A DNA stretch of 64,000 nucleotides. Source: a virus. Below the pieces are notes generated by a model, which saw only the letters and a list, made by a program, of their open reading frames with translations, was not told where the DNA came from and did not search any database. Shown piece by piece: positions 7,651-17,001 of this stretch (its first letter is position 1; each line of letters begins with the position of its first letter). The stretch covers positions 111,003 to 175,002 of IMG/VR virus record IMGVR_UViG_3300035698_004085; one strand, 5' to 3'. The position numbers and the translations under genes were made by a program.

Positions 7651-8166
7651 ATGACTAGAGACAAAGAGGTGCTAACTAAAGAAGAGAGCATTGCGAGAAG
7701 TAACGCAAAATATCAGCAACGCACAGACAAAGCTGCTGAGAAGAAAGCGAGAGATCTAGAGAATTCCCACTTGCTTGAGGAAATGGGCTATGAAATTGTT
7801 TACTGGCATCAAATGATTGATCATAGTGAAGACTATCCTGTTATTGATTTTGGTACAGTTTCGTTAGCTTATAAGGTTCACGTACTTACCAATACTTTTA
7901 TGGTCTTTTATACAATTAGATCTACCAAGGACTACTTCTCGCGTCCAGTTGCTCGTGAGGAGCTTGCTAGAGGGGTTGAGCAGGGAGCATATGAGGCTGA
8001 CAATGGGTTTACCTTCATAGCTGACCAAATGAATTCTAACATTGCTGAGGAGTATTTGGTTAAGCTTTACTTTGCTCAGTTTGTTATGGATAATAAAGCA
8101 TTCTTTCCCCCTAAATTTGTCAAGGGGTTTTTGAAATGTCGTGAACTTTATGGGATGGTTAACTAA
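7651..8166 (+). CDS. hypothetical protein
   Basis: ORF in operon. Confidence 0.7.
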   Translation: MTRDKEVLTKEESIARSNAKYQQRTDKAAEKKARDLENSHLLEEMGYEIVYWHQMIDHSEDYPVIDFGTVSLAYKVHVLTNTFMVFYTIRSTKDYFSRPVAREELARGVEQGAYEADNGFTFIADQMNSNIAEEYLVKLYFAQFVMDNKAFFPPKFVKGFLKCRELYGMVN

Positions 8167-8177
8167 GGAGGAATAAA

Positions 8178-8384
8178 ATGACTAACGTAGCAGTAAACAA
8201 GGATCTAGAAGCTAAGACAGGACTCAAAATGAGATCTCGTAAATTCCCATGTAAGGGTGGTGGCTGCAGACACCATGAAAGCGGTTGATATTTGTATTAC
8301 AGTGAGACTGACTATCAAATGATTTTTGAGTGTGAACCTAACCCTTGTCAGAAGTTTGGGAGAAAGAGTTATTCTAATGTATAA
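8178..8384 (+). CDS. Cys-rich small protein with in-frame TGA (8286-8288); possible selenoprotein or pseudogene
   Basis: AAGGAGG RBS; CKGGGCRHHESG*YLYY...CEPNPCQKF; extended frame ends overlapping next start. Confidence 0.5.
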
Positions 8385-8931
8385 GAACTACTACAACTTT
8401 TCTTCGTATCAGCATTATACGGCAGATACCTCTTCTCTAGAACGGTTGCTTGGTCCAGATCATAAAAAAATTATAAACGAAGGTGCTAAAGCGTTTTTAA
8501 ATCCTAATAAGGAGGAAACTATGTCTGAAAATGAAATTGTATTTTGGGACTGTGATGAGGCGCAAGAGTATCTGACTCATACTAAAATGGACAACGCCGT
8601 TGAATATCACCTTGATGCCCTTGATAATCTCCCTTTGGGTGAGGTTATCAACGTCTTCGGGTTTAAGAAAGAGCGCTTAAGCCCTGAAAATGAACTAGGA
8701 CTTGTAGGGGTTTTTGGGGTTCTTGAGTCTTTTCTGGATAACTTAGATGCTAATTATGGAGGAGAAGATTCGGCTGGACCTACGCCTAAGATGATTCAAG
8801 CCGAAAAAGTCTTTATTGAAGCAGTATTAGCTGAATATGAAGTGTGGCGATGCTATTGGAGCGATACTGAAAGGATTGATGTTACAGAATGGGTTACAAA
8901 GAATAGACCTAATTGGCTTGAGCATGAATAG
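8377..8931 (+). CDS. hypothetical protein (strong internal start at 8521)
   Basis: ORF; AAGGAGG before ATG8521. Confidence 0.65.
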   Translation: MYKNYYNFSSYQHYTADTSSLERLLGPDHKKIINEGAKAFLNPNKEETMSENEIVFWDCDEAQEYLTHTKMDNAVEYHLDALDNLPLGEVINVFGFKKERLSPENELGLVGVFGVLESFLDNLDANYGGEDSAGPTPKMIQAEKVFIEAVLAEYEVWRCYWSDTERIDVTEWVTKNRPNWLEHE

Positions 8932-9196
8932 ATATTGGGTAAGTTGGTGGAGCGGCAATTACGTAGAAGAGGGTTGTACAGAACCTCCGTTTATGTATTG
9001 GGTGTCTGGTCAACGTGATAGAGGAGACACTGAGGAGACTGAGAGAGATGAGTGCTCAATTTGCGCTGTGGTTGATTCAGAGTCTAAAGACTCTGTTTGG
9101 GAATTGATAGCTATTCATTTTCCAGATTATGAAGAACGCTTTTGCACATTAAAGCCAAATGACTATGTTCCTGGCAATAGGTTTCCAAAGGAGTGA
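8924..9196 (+). CDS. hypothetical protein
   Basis: ATG overlapping upstream stop. Confidence 0.65.
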   Translation: MNRYWVSWWSGNYVEEGCTEPPFMYWVSGQRDRGDTEETERDECSICAVVDSESKDSVWELIAIHFPDYEERFCTLKPNDYVPGNRFPKE

Positions 9197-9325
9197 AAGA
9201 TGCTTGAGACTATAATTCTAGGGATTTGGCTTGTTGGAATGTATTGTGTTTGTACGTCTTATGGTGAGCCTGAGTATGAGCTTTCAGAGTATGGAAAATA
9301 TTGGGAAAGAATTATGTGATTTTAC

Positions 9326-9354
9326 TTGACATTTCTGTTGAAGTAGGTTAAGAT
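9326..9354 (+). promoter_or_regulatory. sigma70-type promoter
   Basis: TTGACA-N17-TAAGAT. Confidence 0.7.
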
Positions 9355-9377
9355 GGGTTTAGAAAGAGAGTTGTAGA

Positions 9378-9587
9378 ATGGAATGTCCAATTTGTAATGA
9401 AGAACTTGTTTATCAGGATTACTATGGAAGGGTCTTTGCTCGTCAAGATAGTAAAAAGAAGGGTGATATTTTCAAGTGTCCTAATGGAGTATCTCAAGAC
9501 GGATCATGCGATTCAAGCATGTTCTTTGTAGCAGGAGCTTTCTATACGGATGAAACTGGAGAACTTTACGAGGGTTATCCTTGTTAA
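9378..9587 (+). CDS. Zn-ribbon protein
   Basis: CPIC...CPN..C. Confidence 0.65.
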   Translation: MECPICNEELVYQDYYGRVFARQDSKKKGDIFKCPNGVSQDGSCDSSMFFVAGAFYTDETGELYEGYPC

Positions 9588-9596
9588 CGGAGAAGA

Positions 9597-9785
9597 ATGA
9601 TGAGTGATTTTACTAAAGGGTCTGTTATGGTTTCAAAAGAGTTGTGTGATAAGCTAATTGCCTCAGAAAGAATTAGAGCCAATAACTTAGAAGACAAGGT
9701 AAGAAGTCTTGAAGAACGGAACCAGAAACTAACTAAGTCGGTAAGTGTCCTTACAAAGTACATCAAGGAGAATGGAGAATGCTAG
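9597..9785 (+). CDS. small coiled-coil protein
   Basis: ORF with RBS. Confidence 0.6.
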   Translation: MMSDFTKGSVMVSKELCDKLIASERIRANNLEDKVRSLEERNQKLTKSVSVLTKYIKENGEC

Positions 9786-10867
9786 AAACATTATATTCAA
9801 AAGGCAAGAAAGAAGAGATCAGAGTTTGGCGAGTCTGGACAGAAGGAGCTTCAATTCTTTCTGAGCATGGAACTTTAGAAGGCAAGATGCAAATTGACGA
9901 GAAGATTGCTAAACCTAAGAACGTTGGTAGAGCTAATGAAACGACTCCTGCTCAGCAAGCGGTGAGCCAAGCTGAGTCAATGTGGAAGAAGAAACTTGAT
10001 AAGGGATATTTCCCAAGTATTGAAGAGGCTAAGACTACTAAGGTTTTCTTGCCAATGCTTGCTTCCAAGTTTGAGGATAAGAAGCACAACCTTACTTACC
10101 CTTGTGATGTTCAACCCAAATTGGACGGAGTAAGGTGCTTGGCATTCTGGGAGGGAGACAAGGTTAAACTGCTTTCAAGAGGAGGCAAGGAGTATAACGT
10201 TCCTCACCTCAAGAAAGAGCTTGAGAGAGTGTTGACCGATAAAACTCAAGTATTGGATGGAGAGATTTACATTCATGGTGCTTCCCTTCAAGAGGTTAAT
10301 CGTCTTGTCAAGAAGAATCGACCAGAATCTGTAAACCTTCAATATTGGATCTATGATACTTTTTTGATTGACGGAGAAGTTGAGTGGTGGCATACTCGCT
10401 TGTCCGATTTAGAAATGTTCTTTGAGAATTATGAAGGAAGTATATTAGAGCAAACGACAACAACTACAGCACAAGATGAAGCACGAGTTTATGAGCTTCA
10501 AGGGATTTACGTTGAGGCAGGATTTGAGGGAGCTATTGTTAGAGAAGGATCTGCCCCGTATGCTTTGGGCAATCGTTCTTCTAAGCTTCTAAAGGTTAAG
10601 TCGTTCAAGGATGAGGAATTCCCCATTGTCGGATTTGGGGAAGGTGAGGGAAGATTTGAAAGCTGCGTTATCTGGGTTTGCCAAACTCCAGAGGGCAAAA
10701 CGTTTAAAGTAGTGCCAAAGGGAACTATTGAACAAAAGAAGAAATGGTTTAGCGAAGCCGAGAAATATATTGACCAGTATCTGAAGGTCAAATTCTTTTC
10801 GTACACAGAGGATAACCTCCCTCAGTTCCCTGTAGGGCTAGACATTAGGCTTGAGGAGGATATGTAA
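9779..10867 (+). CDS. lig: ATP-dependent DNA ligase
   Basis: QPKLDGVR (motif I), LDGEIY, FEGAIVR, LLKVK, C-terminal OB fold (LPQFPV). Confidence 0.95.
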   Translation: MLETLYSKGKKEEIRVWRVWTEGASILSEHGTLEGKMQIDEKIAKPKNVGRANETTPAQQAVSQAESMWKKKLDKGYFPSIEEAKTTKVFLPMLASKFEDKKHNLTYPCDVQPKLDGVRCLAFWEGDKVKLLSRGGKEYNVPHLKKELERVLTDKTQVLDGEIYIHGASLQEVNRLVKKNRPESVNLQYWIYDTFLIDGEVEWWHTRLSDLEMFFENYEGSILEQTTTTTAQDEARVYELQGIYVEAGFEGAIVREGSAPYALGNRSSKLLKVKSFKDEEFPIVGFGEGEGRFESCVIWVCQTPEGKTFKVVPKGTIEQKKKWFSEAEKYIDQYLKVKFFSYTEDNLPQFPVGLDIRLEEDM

Positions 10868-11166
10868 TGTCTCCTGAATACTTTATGCTTTTGTGGCTAC
10901 TTTTAAGTTTATGCACTACTCCTCTTGCTATGCTAACTGCTTACAAAATGGATTCTTATGCAGATGGAGGCTATCCCCCTGGGAACATTATAAGGGTTAA
11001 AGACGTTGCATATGCCTTTATGTGCTGCCTCGTAACGGGTCCTATCGCTCTAATTCTTTGCTCGATGGTCTGGTTCAGTTGGGGTTTATGGTATTTATTC
11101 TCAAAAATACCTAAGGATAACTCTGTATTTAAGTTCTTTAATGTGAAAATAATCGAGAAACGCTGA
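10867..11166 (+). CDS. membrane protein
   Basis: Two hydrophobic segments. Confidence 0.6.
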   Translation: MSPEYFMLLWLLLSLCTTPLAMLTAYKMDSYADGGYPPGNIIRVKDVAYAFMCCLVTGPIALILCSMVWFSWGLWYLFSKIPKDNSVFKFFNVKIIEKR

Positions 11167-11179
11167 AAGGATATGTAAA

Positions 11180-11380
11180 ATGGGAAATAAGACTTGTAAG
11201 GCTCTAATCGTTGGATCACACAGATACGTTGATAGGCTCTCTATCAGAAATCACGAAGGGCATGATCTAAGACCGGCATTAAGCGAAGCAGGATTCAAGG
11301 AGGAAGAAAAGGTTGTAATTATTACTCAAGAAGAGTATGACTATCTCCTTCTCCAGGAAGCACAAGGACCTTCAGCATGA
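11180..11380 (+). CDS. hypothetical protein
   Basis: ORF with RBS. Confidence 0.6.
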   Translation: MGNKTCKALIVGSHRYVDRLSIRNHEGHDLRPALSEAGFKEEEKVVIITQEEYDYLLLQEAQGPSA

Positions 11381-11898
11381 TTGATCCTCCCAATAGGCTG
11401 ACTAAAGATACTATGTTCATGAGTCTCGCTTATCTTACAGCGATGCGCTCGCCTGACGATTCTACAAAGATTGGTGCAGTAGTAGTAGGTCCTGATGATG
11501 AGGTACGCTCAATGGGCTATAACGGGCTTCCTAGAGGATGTGATGACTTTGATAGTAACCGGCATGAAAAGCCTGAGAAATACTATTGGTTTGAGCATTC
11601 TGAGAGAAATAGTATATATGCCGCAGCAAGAATGGGAACGCCGTTAAAAGGCTGTAGAATGTATACTCAGGATGTTCCTTGTGCTGATTGTGCAAGGGCT
11701 ATTATTCAATCTGGGATAGTAGAGGTTATCGTTCATGAGCAATTTAGCGAGTTTCAAGATAATAATAAATGGGTAGAAAGCAAGTTAAGAACCTTGACAA
11801 TGTTTGACGAATGTGGTATAAGCCTGAGAGAATGGGTAGGCGAGATACCTCAAATGTATGGTAGGAAGAATAACCAGTTTGTTTTTGGAGATGACTAA
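11377..11898 (+). CDS. dCMP deaminase
   Basis: IGAVVV, GYNG, HSERN, PCADC Zn-deaminase motifs. Confidence 0.92.
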   Translation: MIDPPNRLTKDTMFMSLAYLTAMRSPDDSTKIGAVVVGPDDEVRSMGYNGLPRGCDDFDSNRHEKPEKYYWFEHSERNSIYAAARMGTPLKGCRMYTQDVPCADCARAIIQSGIVEVIVHEQFSEFQDNNKWVESKLRTLTMFDECGISLREWVGEIPQMYGRKNNQFVFGDD

Positions 11899-12123
11899 AT
11901 GACTTTTATAACGATATTAATGTGGTGGGGAATTCTTGGGTTAATAGGATCACTGTCTTGGGCAGCATTGTCTATTTATGTACAGAGAAAATTTATGTTT
12001 GTCGATTTCTTAATAGCCTTAGTCCTTCTCTCTTCAGGACCTTTAGGAGTTGTTAGTATGATCTGTTCTAGTACCAAAACAGTAATTCAGCATTTTAATA
12101 AGAAAAGGGAGAAGAGTAAATGA
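11899..12123 (+). CDS. small membrane protein
   Basis: Two TM segments. Confidence 0.6.
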   Translation: MTFITILMWWGILGLIGSLSWAALSIYVQRKFMFVDFLIALVLLSSGPLGVVSMICSSTKTVIQHFNKKREKSK

Positions 12124-12500
12124 TTTATATTATGTGTTTACTAATTAGCGTTAGTGTAGCGGGAGTTGTCTTAGCAATCAAAGCAAAAGACTATTCTCCA
12201 GAGGCAAACGCTGCGTTAGGAGTTGTTGTAGTGTCTAGCATTATCTTGTTTTTCTGTTCTCTGGCGTTTATTTCTAATTATCGAAACAGCGTTAAAACAG
12301 TACAAGAGAATAAAGCTACTCAACAAACCCTTGACAAATCCAGGGCCAAAGGTTTCACCCAAGAAGCGGAAAGGGTGGAGGCGATTGGCAGGATCATTGA
12401 CCATAACAGTAAGTTAGCGACTGCTCAGTACTGGAATAATAATTGGTTCTTTGACTCCATGATTGACGATACTGTTGACAAAATTAAGCCTGTTGAGTAG
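12120..12500 (+). CDS. membrane protein
   Basis: Two N-terminal TM segments. Confidence 0.65.
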   Translation: MIYIMCLLISVSVAGVVLAIKAKDYSPEANAALGVVVVSSIILFFCSLAFISNYRNSVKTVQENKATQQTLDKSRAKGFTQEAERVEAIGRIIDHNSKLATAQYWNNNWFFDSMIDDTVDKIKPVE

Positions 12501-12559
12501 TTCGTCAACGGTTCGCTAACTCCTTTTTAATTTATTTTCAAACTTTCTTTACATTTTTG

Positions 12560-12588
12560 TTGACAACGCTTTTTGTTGGTGTTAAGCT
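12560..12588 (+). promoter_or_regulatory. sigma70-type promoter
   Basis: TTGACA-N17-TAAGCT. Confidence 0.7.
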
Positions 12589-12629
12589 TTATTCAGGACA
12601 GGGAAACCACAAACAACGGGAGAATCAAA

Positions 12630-12971
12630 ATGAAAAACTCAAAAGTCAAACAATGGTTCTGTATTGGTTGTGATGATGGTCCTTGTCTCAGAAAAGCGGA
12701 GCATCAGCCTTGTGACATACAGTGTCCTTACGCTGAAACCAATAGTCATGAGTGCTCTTGGCAAGAAGTTCCTAAAGGTAAGACTGCCCAACAAGCGGTG
12801 AATAACGCTTTTCATAAGAAATTCGATGAAAGGATAAACATCCCAGAGGAATCTATTAAGTTTATACGAGATGATGAGTGCCTAAGGTGTGGTGGAACCG
12901 TTGTTTCAGGAGATGAAGCACATCAAGGGTACGACGGCTATCCTTATTGCGAAGACTGTGGAGAGGTTTAA
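12630..12971 (+). CDS. Cys-rich Zn-finger protein
   Basis: RBS + ATG12630; multiple CxxC. Confidence 0.65.
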   Translation: MKNSKVKQWFCIGCDDGPCLRKAEHQPCDIQCPYAETNSHECSWQEVPKGKTAQQAVNNAFHKKFDERINIPEESIKFIRDDECLRCGGTVVSGDEAHQGYDGYPYCEDCGEV

Positions 12972-12973
12972 AA

Positions 12974-13237
12974 ATGGCTAACGTAAGTAAATGTGAATGT
13001 GGTCGTAGGAAGTCTAACTTCTTGAGCAGGTGTAACTCTTGCCAAAAGGTTTGGGACGATGAGCGTATTTCCCAAGCTTTGGCAATAGTTGAGAAAGGTG
13101 TTTGCCCAGAATGCGGTCAAGGGCTTAAGAGAAACCTATCTATTGCCGGTTGGTGGCAATGTAAGCAATTTGGTGCTGAAGGCTTTAGAATCGACGCTAA
13201 CAAGCCTTCTTGTAGCTTTCAAACGTTTACTGTTTAA
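12974..13237 (+). CDS. Zn-finger protein
   Basis: CECG, CNSC, CPECG..WWQC. Confidence 0.65.
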   Translation: MANVSKCECGRRKSNFLSRCNSCQKVWDDERISQALAIVEKGVCPECGQGLKRNLSIAGWWQCKQFGAEGFRIDANKPSCSFQTFTV

Positions 13238-13249
13238 AGGAGAATCAAA

Positions 13250-13555
13250 ATGAAGAATAAGCATATCCATAGCATGTTTGAAATTCTGGAGGCTGAGCTT
13301 TTTGCTCAAGAGTTGCCCTTGCATTTCTTTGACCGGATTAACAAGGTCAAGAAAGACTTTCAGGAGCGTTGCCTTCAAGATTTGTCAGAATTGAGCGAAG
13401 AAGAAAAAGCCGTTTTGGAAGAGAACATGACAACTAGAGGACGTATCCGCGCCATTAAGTCATATCGTGAGAGAACTGGAGCATCTTTGTCAGACGCGAA
13501 AAGCGTAGTTGACAAGTATTTCTTCGCACTTCTCGAAAAGAACAAGGAGAACTGA
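13250..13555 (+). CDS. ribosomal protein L7/L12 C-terminal-domain-like protein
   Basis: GRIRAIKSYRERTGASLSDAKSVVD matches L7/L12 CTD signature. Confidence 0.75.
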   Translation: MKNKHIHSMFEILEAELFAQELPLHFFDRINKVKKDFQERCLQDLSELSEEEKAVLEENMTTRGRIRAIKSYRERTGASLSDAKSVVDKYFFALLEKNKEN

Positions 13556-13558
13556 AAA

Positions 13559-13969
13559 ATGACACAGCTAGTAAACTATGATCAATTGTATATTTCTTTT
13601 AACGAAGGACCGTTTGTGGTTGTAAAAAAAGAAAAGCAGTATAGGATAGAGGAGCAAAGTTGTAAAGACTCTATTAAGTCTTGTTTACCTCATGAGCCTT
13701 CTACTCATAAACTGTTGGATAGTCTAGGGCTAAGCGGGTGGACTCCTGATCCACTGCTGGCTATGAACGTTTGTAACAAGCTGAACGGTCGGTTACCTCA
13801 GAAGTCTGAACAGCTCAAGCTTAAGGATCTCATCAAGGCTGCTCAAGACTTCGTTGAGTATGGAGAAAATGGTGGGCGAGAGGACGGAGACAACGGGCTT
13901 GACTACATCTACTATACGGAGAAGTTTGACGCTCTAAAGGCTGCTGTAAAAGCATTGAAGGAGAATTAA
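13559..13969 (+). CDS. hypothetical protein
   Basis: ORF with RBS. Confidence 0.65.
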   Translation: MTQLVNYDQLYISFNEGPFVVVKKEKQYRIEEQSCKDSIKSCLPHEPSTHKLLDSLGLSGWTPDPLLAMNVCNKLNGRLPQKSEQLKLKDLIKAAQDFVEYGENGGREDGDNGLDYIYYTEKFDALKAAVKALKEN

Positions 13970-14182
13970 GATGATTATTCGCTGGACGACAAAGCGTGTA
14001 TATAAGCATGATGGGGCAAAGCTCGGGTCAGGACTTCGTAAGTGGAAAAGAGTGTTAAAGACTACACTATGGATCTTGTTTATCCCAATCTTTACTAAAA
14101 CTGTTGACCCAGGATTTAGGAGGTAATTAAGGTAGACGAACTACTTAAATAACTTTGCCTCAATAAATATAAAATAAGTAAC

Positions 14183-14214
14183 TTTAAGCTAGACAACAGT
14201 GTGTGAAGTATAAT
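14183..14214 (+). promoter_or_regulatory. putative late (N20-class) promoter
   Basis: TTTAAG-N20-TATAAT. Confidence 0.65.
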
Positions 14215-14248
14215 ATAGTAGATTCAAGAAGCTAAAGGAGCTTAAGCT

Positions 14249-14590
14249 GTGGAATTAACCTCAAAAATCGCTAGGAAAAAGGTCAATACTGATATGTGGG
14301 CAACGATAATTGATAAATATGCCCAAGATATGAGCCAAGCACCTGAACAAATCGACCCAACTGCTATTCAAATGGGTCAAAGCATTTATGACGGCACTGG
14401 AACAGAATATGTCGTTATTGAGGATGATCCTACCACAACTGATAAAACCGTAATGCCAGCAGACCAATCAGGCTCAGACTTACCAGAAGGAGTCAAGACT
14501 GTTCAGGATACGGAACTTTCTTCAGAATTCAACGTGCAACCTGCTGAAGGAATAGTAGCAAGCATTGAACCAGAGTTTGTAAGGGGATAA
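14249..14590 (+). CDS. acidic protein, putative internal virion protein
   Basis: AAGGAG + GTG; basic N-terminus then KYA|Q and acidic body. Confidence 0.6.
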   Translation: MELTSKIARKKVNTDMWATIIDKYAQDMSQAPEQIDPTAIQMGQSIYDGTGTEYVVIEDDPTTTDKTVMPADQSGSDLPEGVKTVQDTELSSEFNVQPAEGIVASIEPEFVRG

Positions 14591-14595
14591 AGAAG

Positions 14596-14805
14596 ATGTT
14601 AAAGCAAAGAGGAATAAGTGAAGAAGGCTTAAAGAGAATAAGTAAGGTTATCGGACAAGCTAGTTCTTCATTTGAAGAGGACCTTGCTAACTTTATATGG
14701 GAGAGCGACGGAACTAAAGAAGAAATACTACAAGAGCTTAAAGTCGAATATCCAAACGCTACCTTATCACAAATTATGAAAGCCTGGGACGTAGCTTACT
14801 ACTAG
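14596..14805 (+). CDS. leader-motif acidic protein (putative head cargo)
   Basis: MLKQRGISEEGLKRIS leader. Confidence 0.7.
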   Translation: MLKQRGISEEGLKRISKVIGQASSSFEEDLANFIWESDGTKEEILQELKVEYPNATLSQIMKAWDVAYY

Positions 14806-14832
14806 CTATTAACTCGTAAGAGGATAAAGAAG

Positions 14833-15060
14833 ATGTTAAAGCAAAGAGGAATAAGTGAAGAAGGCTTAAAGAGAATTGCCAATTCATCTATTGCTCAACC
14901 CGCGCTTGAGCAGCTTAGGCAAGATATGAACACTTCCATTAAATCCTTGTATGAAGGTTTAACATCAGAAGAAGATAGACTTACTCTCGATGACCTTTAT
15001 GATGAATTTATGGCAGGAATTCAAGAATTAATTAGTTACCCAGCAAACGAAGAATATTAA
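14833..15060 (+). CDS. leader-motif acidic protein (putative head cargo)
   Basis: MLKQRGISEEGLKRIA leader. Confidence 0.7.
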   Translation: MLKQRGISEEGLKRIANSSIAQPALEQLRQDMNTSIKSLYEGLTSEEDRLTLDDLYDEFMAGIQELISYPANEEY

Positions 15061-15070
15061 GGAATATAAA

Positions 15071-15337
15071 ATGAAGTTACTAGAACAAAGAGGAATCACT
15101 AACGAAGGTATCAAGAGACTATCTAAAGTAGTTAAAAAGTCTGGAGCTTCTGAGATAGTTAACCAGATTATGCAAGCAGTTGATCCTCTTATTAACGACC
15201 TTTTCTTACAACTTCCTGATTCTGCGTCAGAAGATCAGTTAGACGAGCTATATACTGGATTCCTTCGGGAACTTAACGAAATTGTATCTCCAGGATCTCT
15301 GGATGATCTTAAAAACTCTGATGAGATAGGATATTAA
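15071..15337 (+). CDS. leader-motif acidic protein, paralog of 14833
   Basis: QRGITNEGIKRLS leader; LDELYTGF vs LDDLYDEF. Confidence 0.7.
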   Translation: MKLLEQRGITNEGIKRLSKVVKKSGASEIVNQIMQAVDPLINDLFLQLPDSASEDQLDELYTGFLRELNEIVSPGSLDDLKNSDEIGY

Positions 15338-15338
15338 A

Positions 15339-15812
15339 ATGAAATTGCATGGAATAGACGTAGATGGAATGAAGAGAATCGCTAAGAAAGCCCAGATGGA
15401 AGATTCTGGTCCTAGCCCTAGCTTACACCAGGAGTTGGTAGATGCAGGTATCCCAGTAGAGAACCATGAGTCTGACTTGTATTTCCCAGTTACTCCTGAA
15501 ACTCAAGCAATTGTAGAAAGCTCTGAGTTCGGTCAAAGTGTAGAAACTTTTACAGACAATATTGACGGAGAACAATGGTTTGATGCTCCTTTCCAGTACG
15601 ATCCTTCTCTAGGTAATAAAATGGCATCTGAGAAAGAAGCTGCATCAGACGATGAAACCTGGGATAAGCTTGACCTTATTCGTACAGCCTTAGACGATAC
15701 TGAAATTGTGGACAATCTTATTAAAGGTCTGTCCTCTGAAGAAGCTAATAGCTCACTAGACTATATTATTCAAATGTATGATCTTTCTTCAGAAGAAGGA
15801 ATGGAGTATTAA
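15339..15812 (+). CDS. leader-motif acidic protein with HESDLY..IDGEQWFD domain
   Basis: HGIDVDGMKRIAKKAQ leader. Confidence 0.7.
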   Translation: MKLHGIDVDGMKRIAKKAQMEDSGPSPSLHQELVDAGIPVENHESDLYFPVTPETQAIVESSEFGQSVETFTDNIDGEQWFDAPFQYDPSLGNKMASEKEAASDDETWDKLDLIRTALDDTEIVDNLIKGLSSEEANSSLDYIIQMYDLSSEEGMEY

Positions 15813-15813
15813 A

Positions 15814-16218
15814 ATGAAGTTGCACGGAGTTACGCCTGAAGGAATGAAACGTTTAGCTAAGGTTGCTCAAATGGATGAAGAACCCATGATGGGCGGGGGC
15901 TTGTCAGACGTAGAAGACTTAGTTCTATTTATAGATAATTCAGGCGAGCTTTATCCTCAAACGCAAGAGATTCAAAAGAGTCTTATTCAAAAAATTCAAC
16001 GCGGAGTTTATGATTCAGATCAGGCACCTCAGCTTTGGAGCTATCTAGTAGAAGCTGGCGCAAAACAGTACGTTCAAGAAATGAACGACGGAATGTCTTG
16101 GTTTCAAAAATTCCCCCCAGAAGTTAGACAAGAAGCGGCTCAAATGATGGCTGAAGAGTTTGATGAAGAAATCTCTTTTGCTGGAGACGAAGATCTTAAC
16201 GAGCACTTCGGAGTCTAA
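15814..16218 (+). CDS. leader-motif acidic protein
   Basis: HGVTPEGMKRLAKVAQ leader; ATG15814. Confidence 0.7.
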   Translation: MKLHGVTPEGMKRLAKVAQMDEEPMMGGGLSDVEDLVLFIDNSGELYPQTQEIQKSLIQKIQRGVYDSDQAPQLWSYLVEAGAKQYVQEMNDGMSWFQKFPPEVRQEAAQMMAEEFDEEISFAGDEDLNEHFGV

Positions 16219-16224
16219 GCTATA

Positions 16225-16791
16225 ATGACTTTACCTCGCACCAAAGGTCTTTCTGAAGCAAGTTATAATAGGCTTGCTGCAACCTATTTTGGAGAAGATG
16301 ATCCTTATTCTGAGAAGGTTGTTAAGAAACAAGACGCCTGGATGCGCATGAAGGATAAAAAAGAAACCAATCTCGAAAATTGGAAAAGCCAAGCTAACGG
16401 AAAACCAACCAATTATCCTCATAAAGAATCTTCCTCAAAAACTGATGAAATAGATAATTCAGAAAACTTAACACCTGTTTCATCAAACTCGACCTTGACT
16501 AAATCTAGGTCAAAATCACCCTTAGCCTCTAAGCAAAACTCTCATACATCTCGCACAGTTAAGTCTCAATCTGACCCTCTTTCTGACTCCCCTATCCTTG
16601 ATAATAGCTTTGATTTTTCGAGTTTTCCAGAAGAAGGAAAAATAGGATTCTCAGAGGCTAAATCTCTTATCTTAGAAATGATTCAGCAGGGCTTTGAAGA
16701 CGTTGACATACTTATTCAGGTGAACGAACGATTCACCAAAGACGTTTCTGACATGGCTTTGCAAGAATGTCGTAGAAAAGGACTTATTTAA
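16225..16791 (+). CDS. leader-motif protein with Ser-rich linker
   Basis: KGLSEASYNRLA leader. Confidence 0.65.
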   Translation: MTLPRTKGLSEASYNRLAATYFGEDDPYSEKVVKKQDAWMRMKDKKETNLENWKSQANGKPTNYPHKESSSKTDEIDNSENLTPVSSNSTLTKSRSKSPLASKQNSHTSRTVKSQSDPLSDSPILDNSFDFSSFPEEGKIGFSEAKSLILEMIQQGFEDVDILIQVNERFTKDVSDMALQECRRKGLI

Positions 16792-16938
16792 AATGACTGC
16801 ATGGATTAAAGACAGAGTATGGACTTACCCAACCTTAATTATCCCAGCTACTTTAGTTGTTATTGCTCAAATAGCGAGTCTTATCGCGTACTTAGCCTAG
16901 TTTCTCTCCCTCTTTCTTAAAGAATTCCTAAAAAGAAC

Positions 16939-16967
16939 TTGACAACCCCTGTTTAATGTAGTAAGCT
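16939..16967 (+). promoter_or_regulatory. sigma70-type promoter
   Basis: TTGACA-N17-TAAGCT. Confidence 0.7.
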
Positions 16968-17001
16968 GCTCTTGGTAACTTAATTACTAGGAGATTTTAT
17001 T

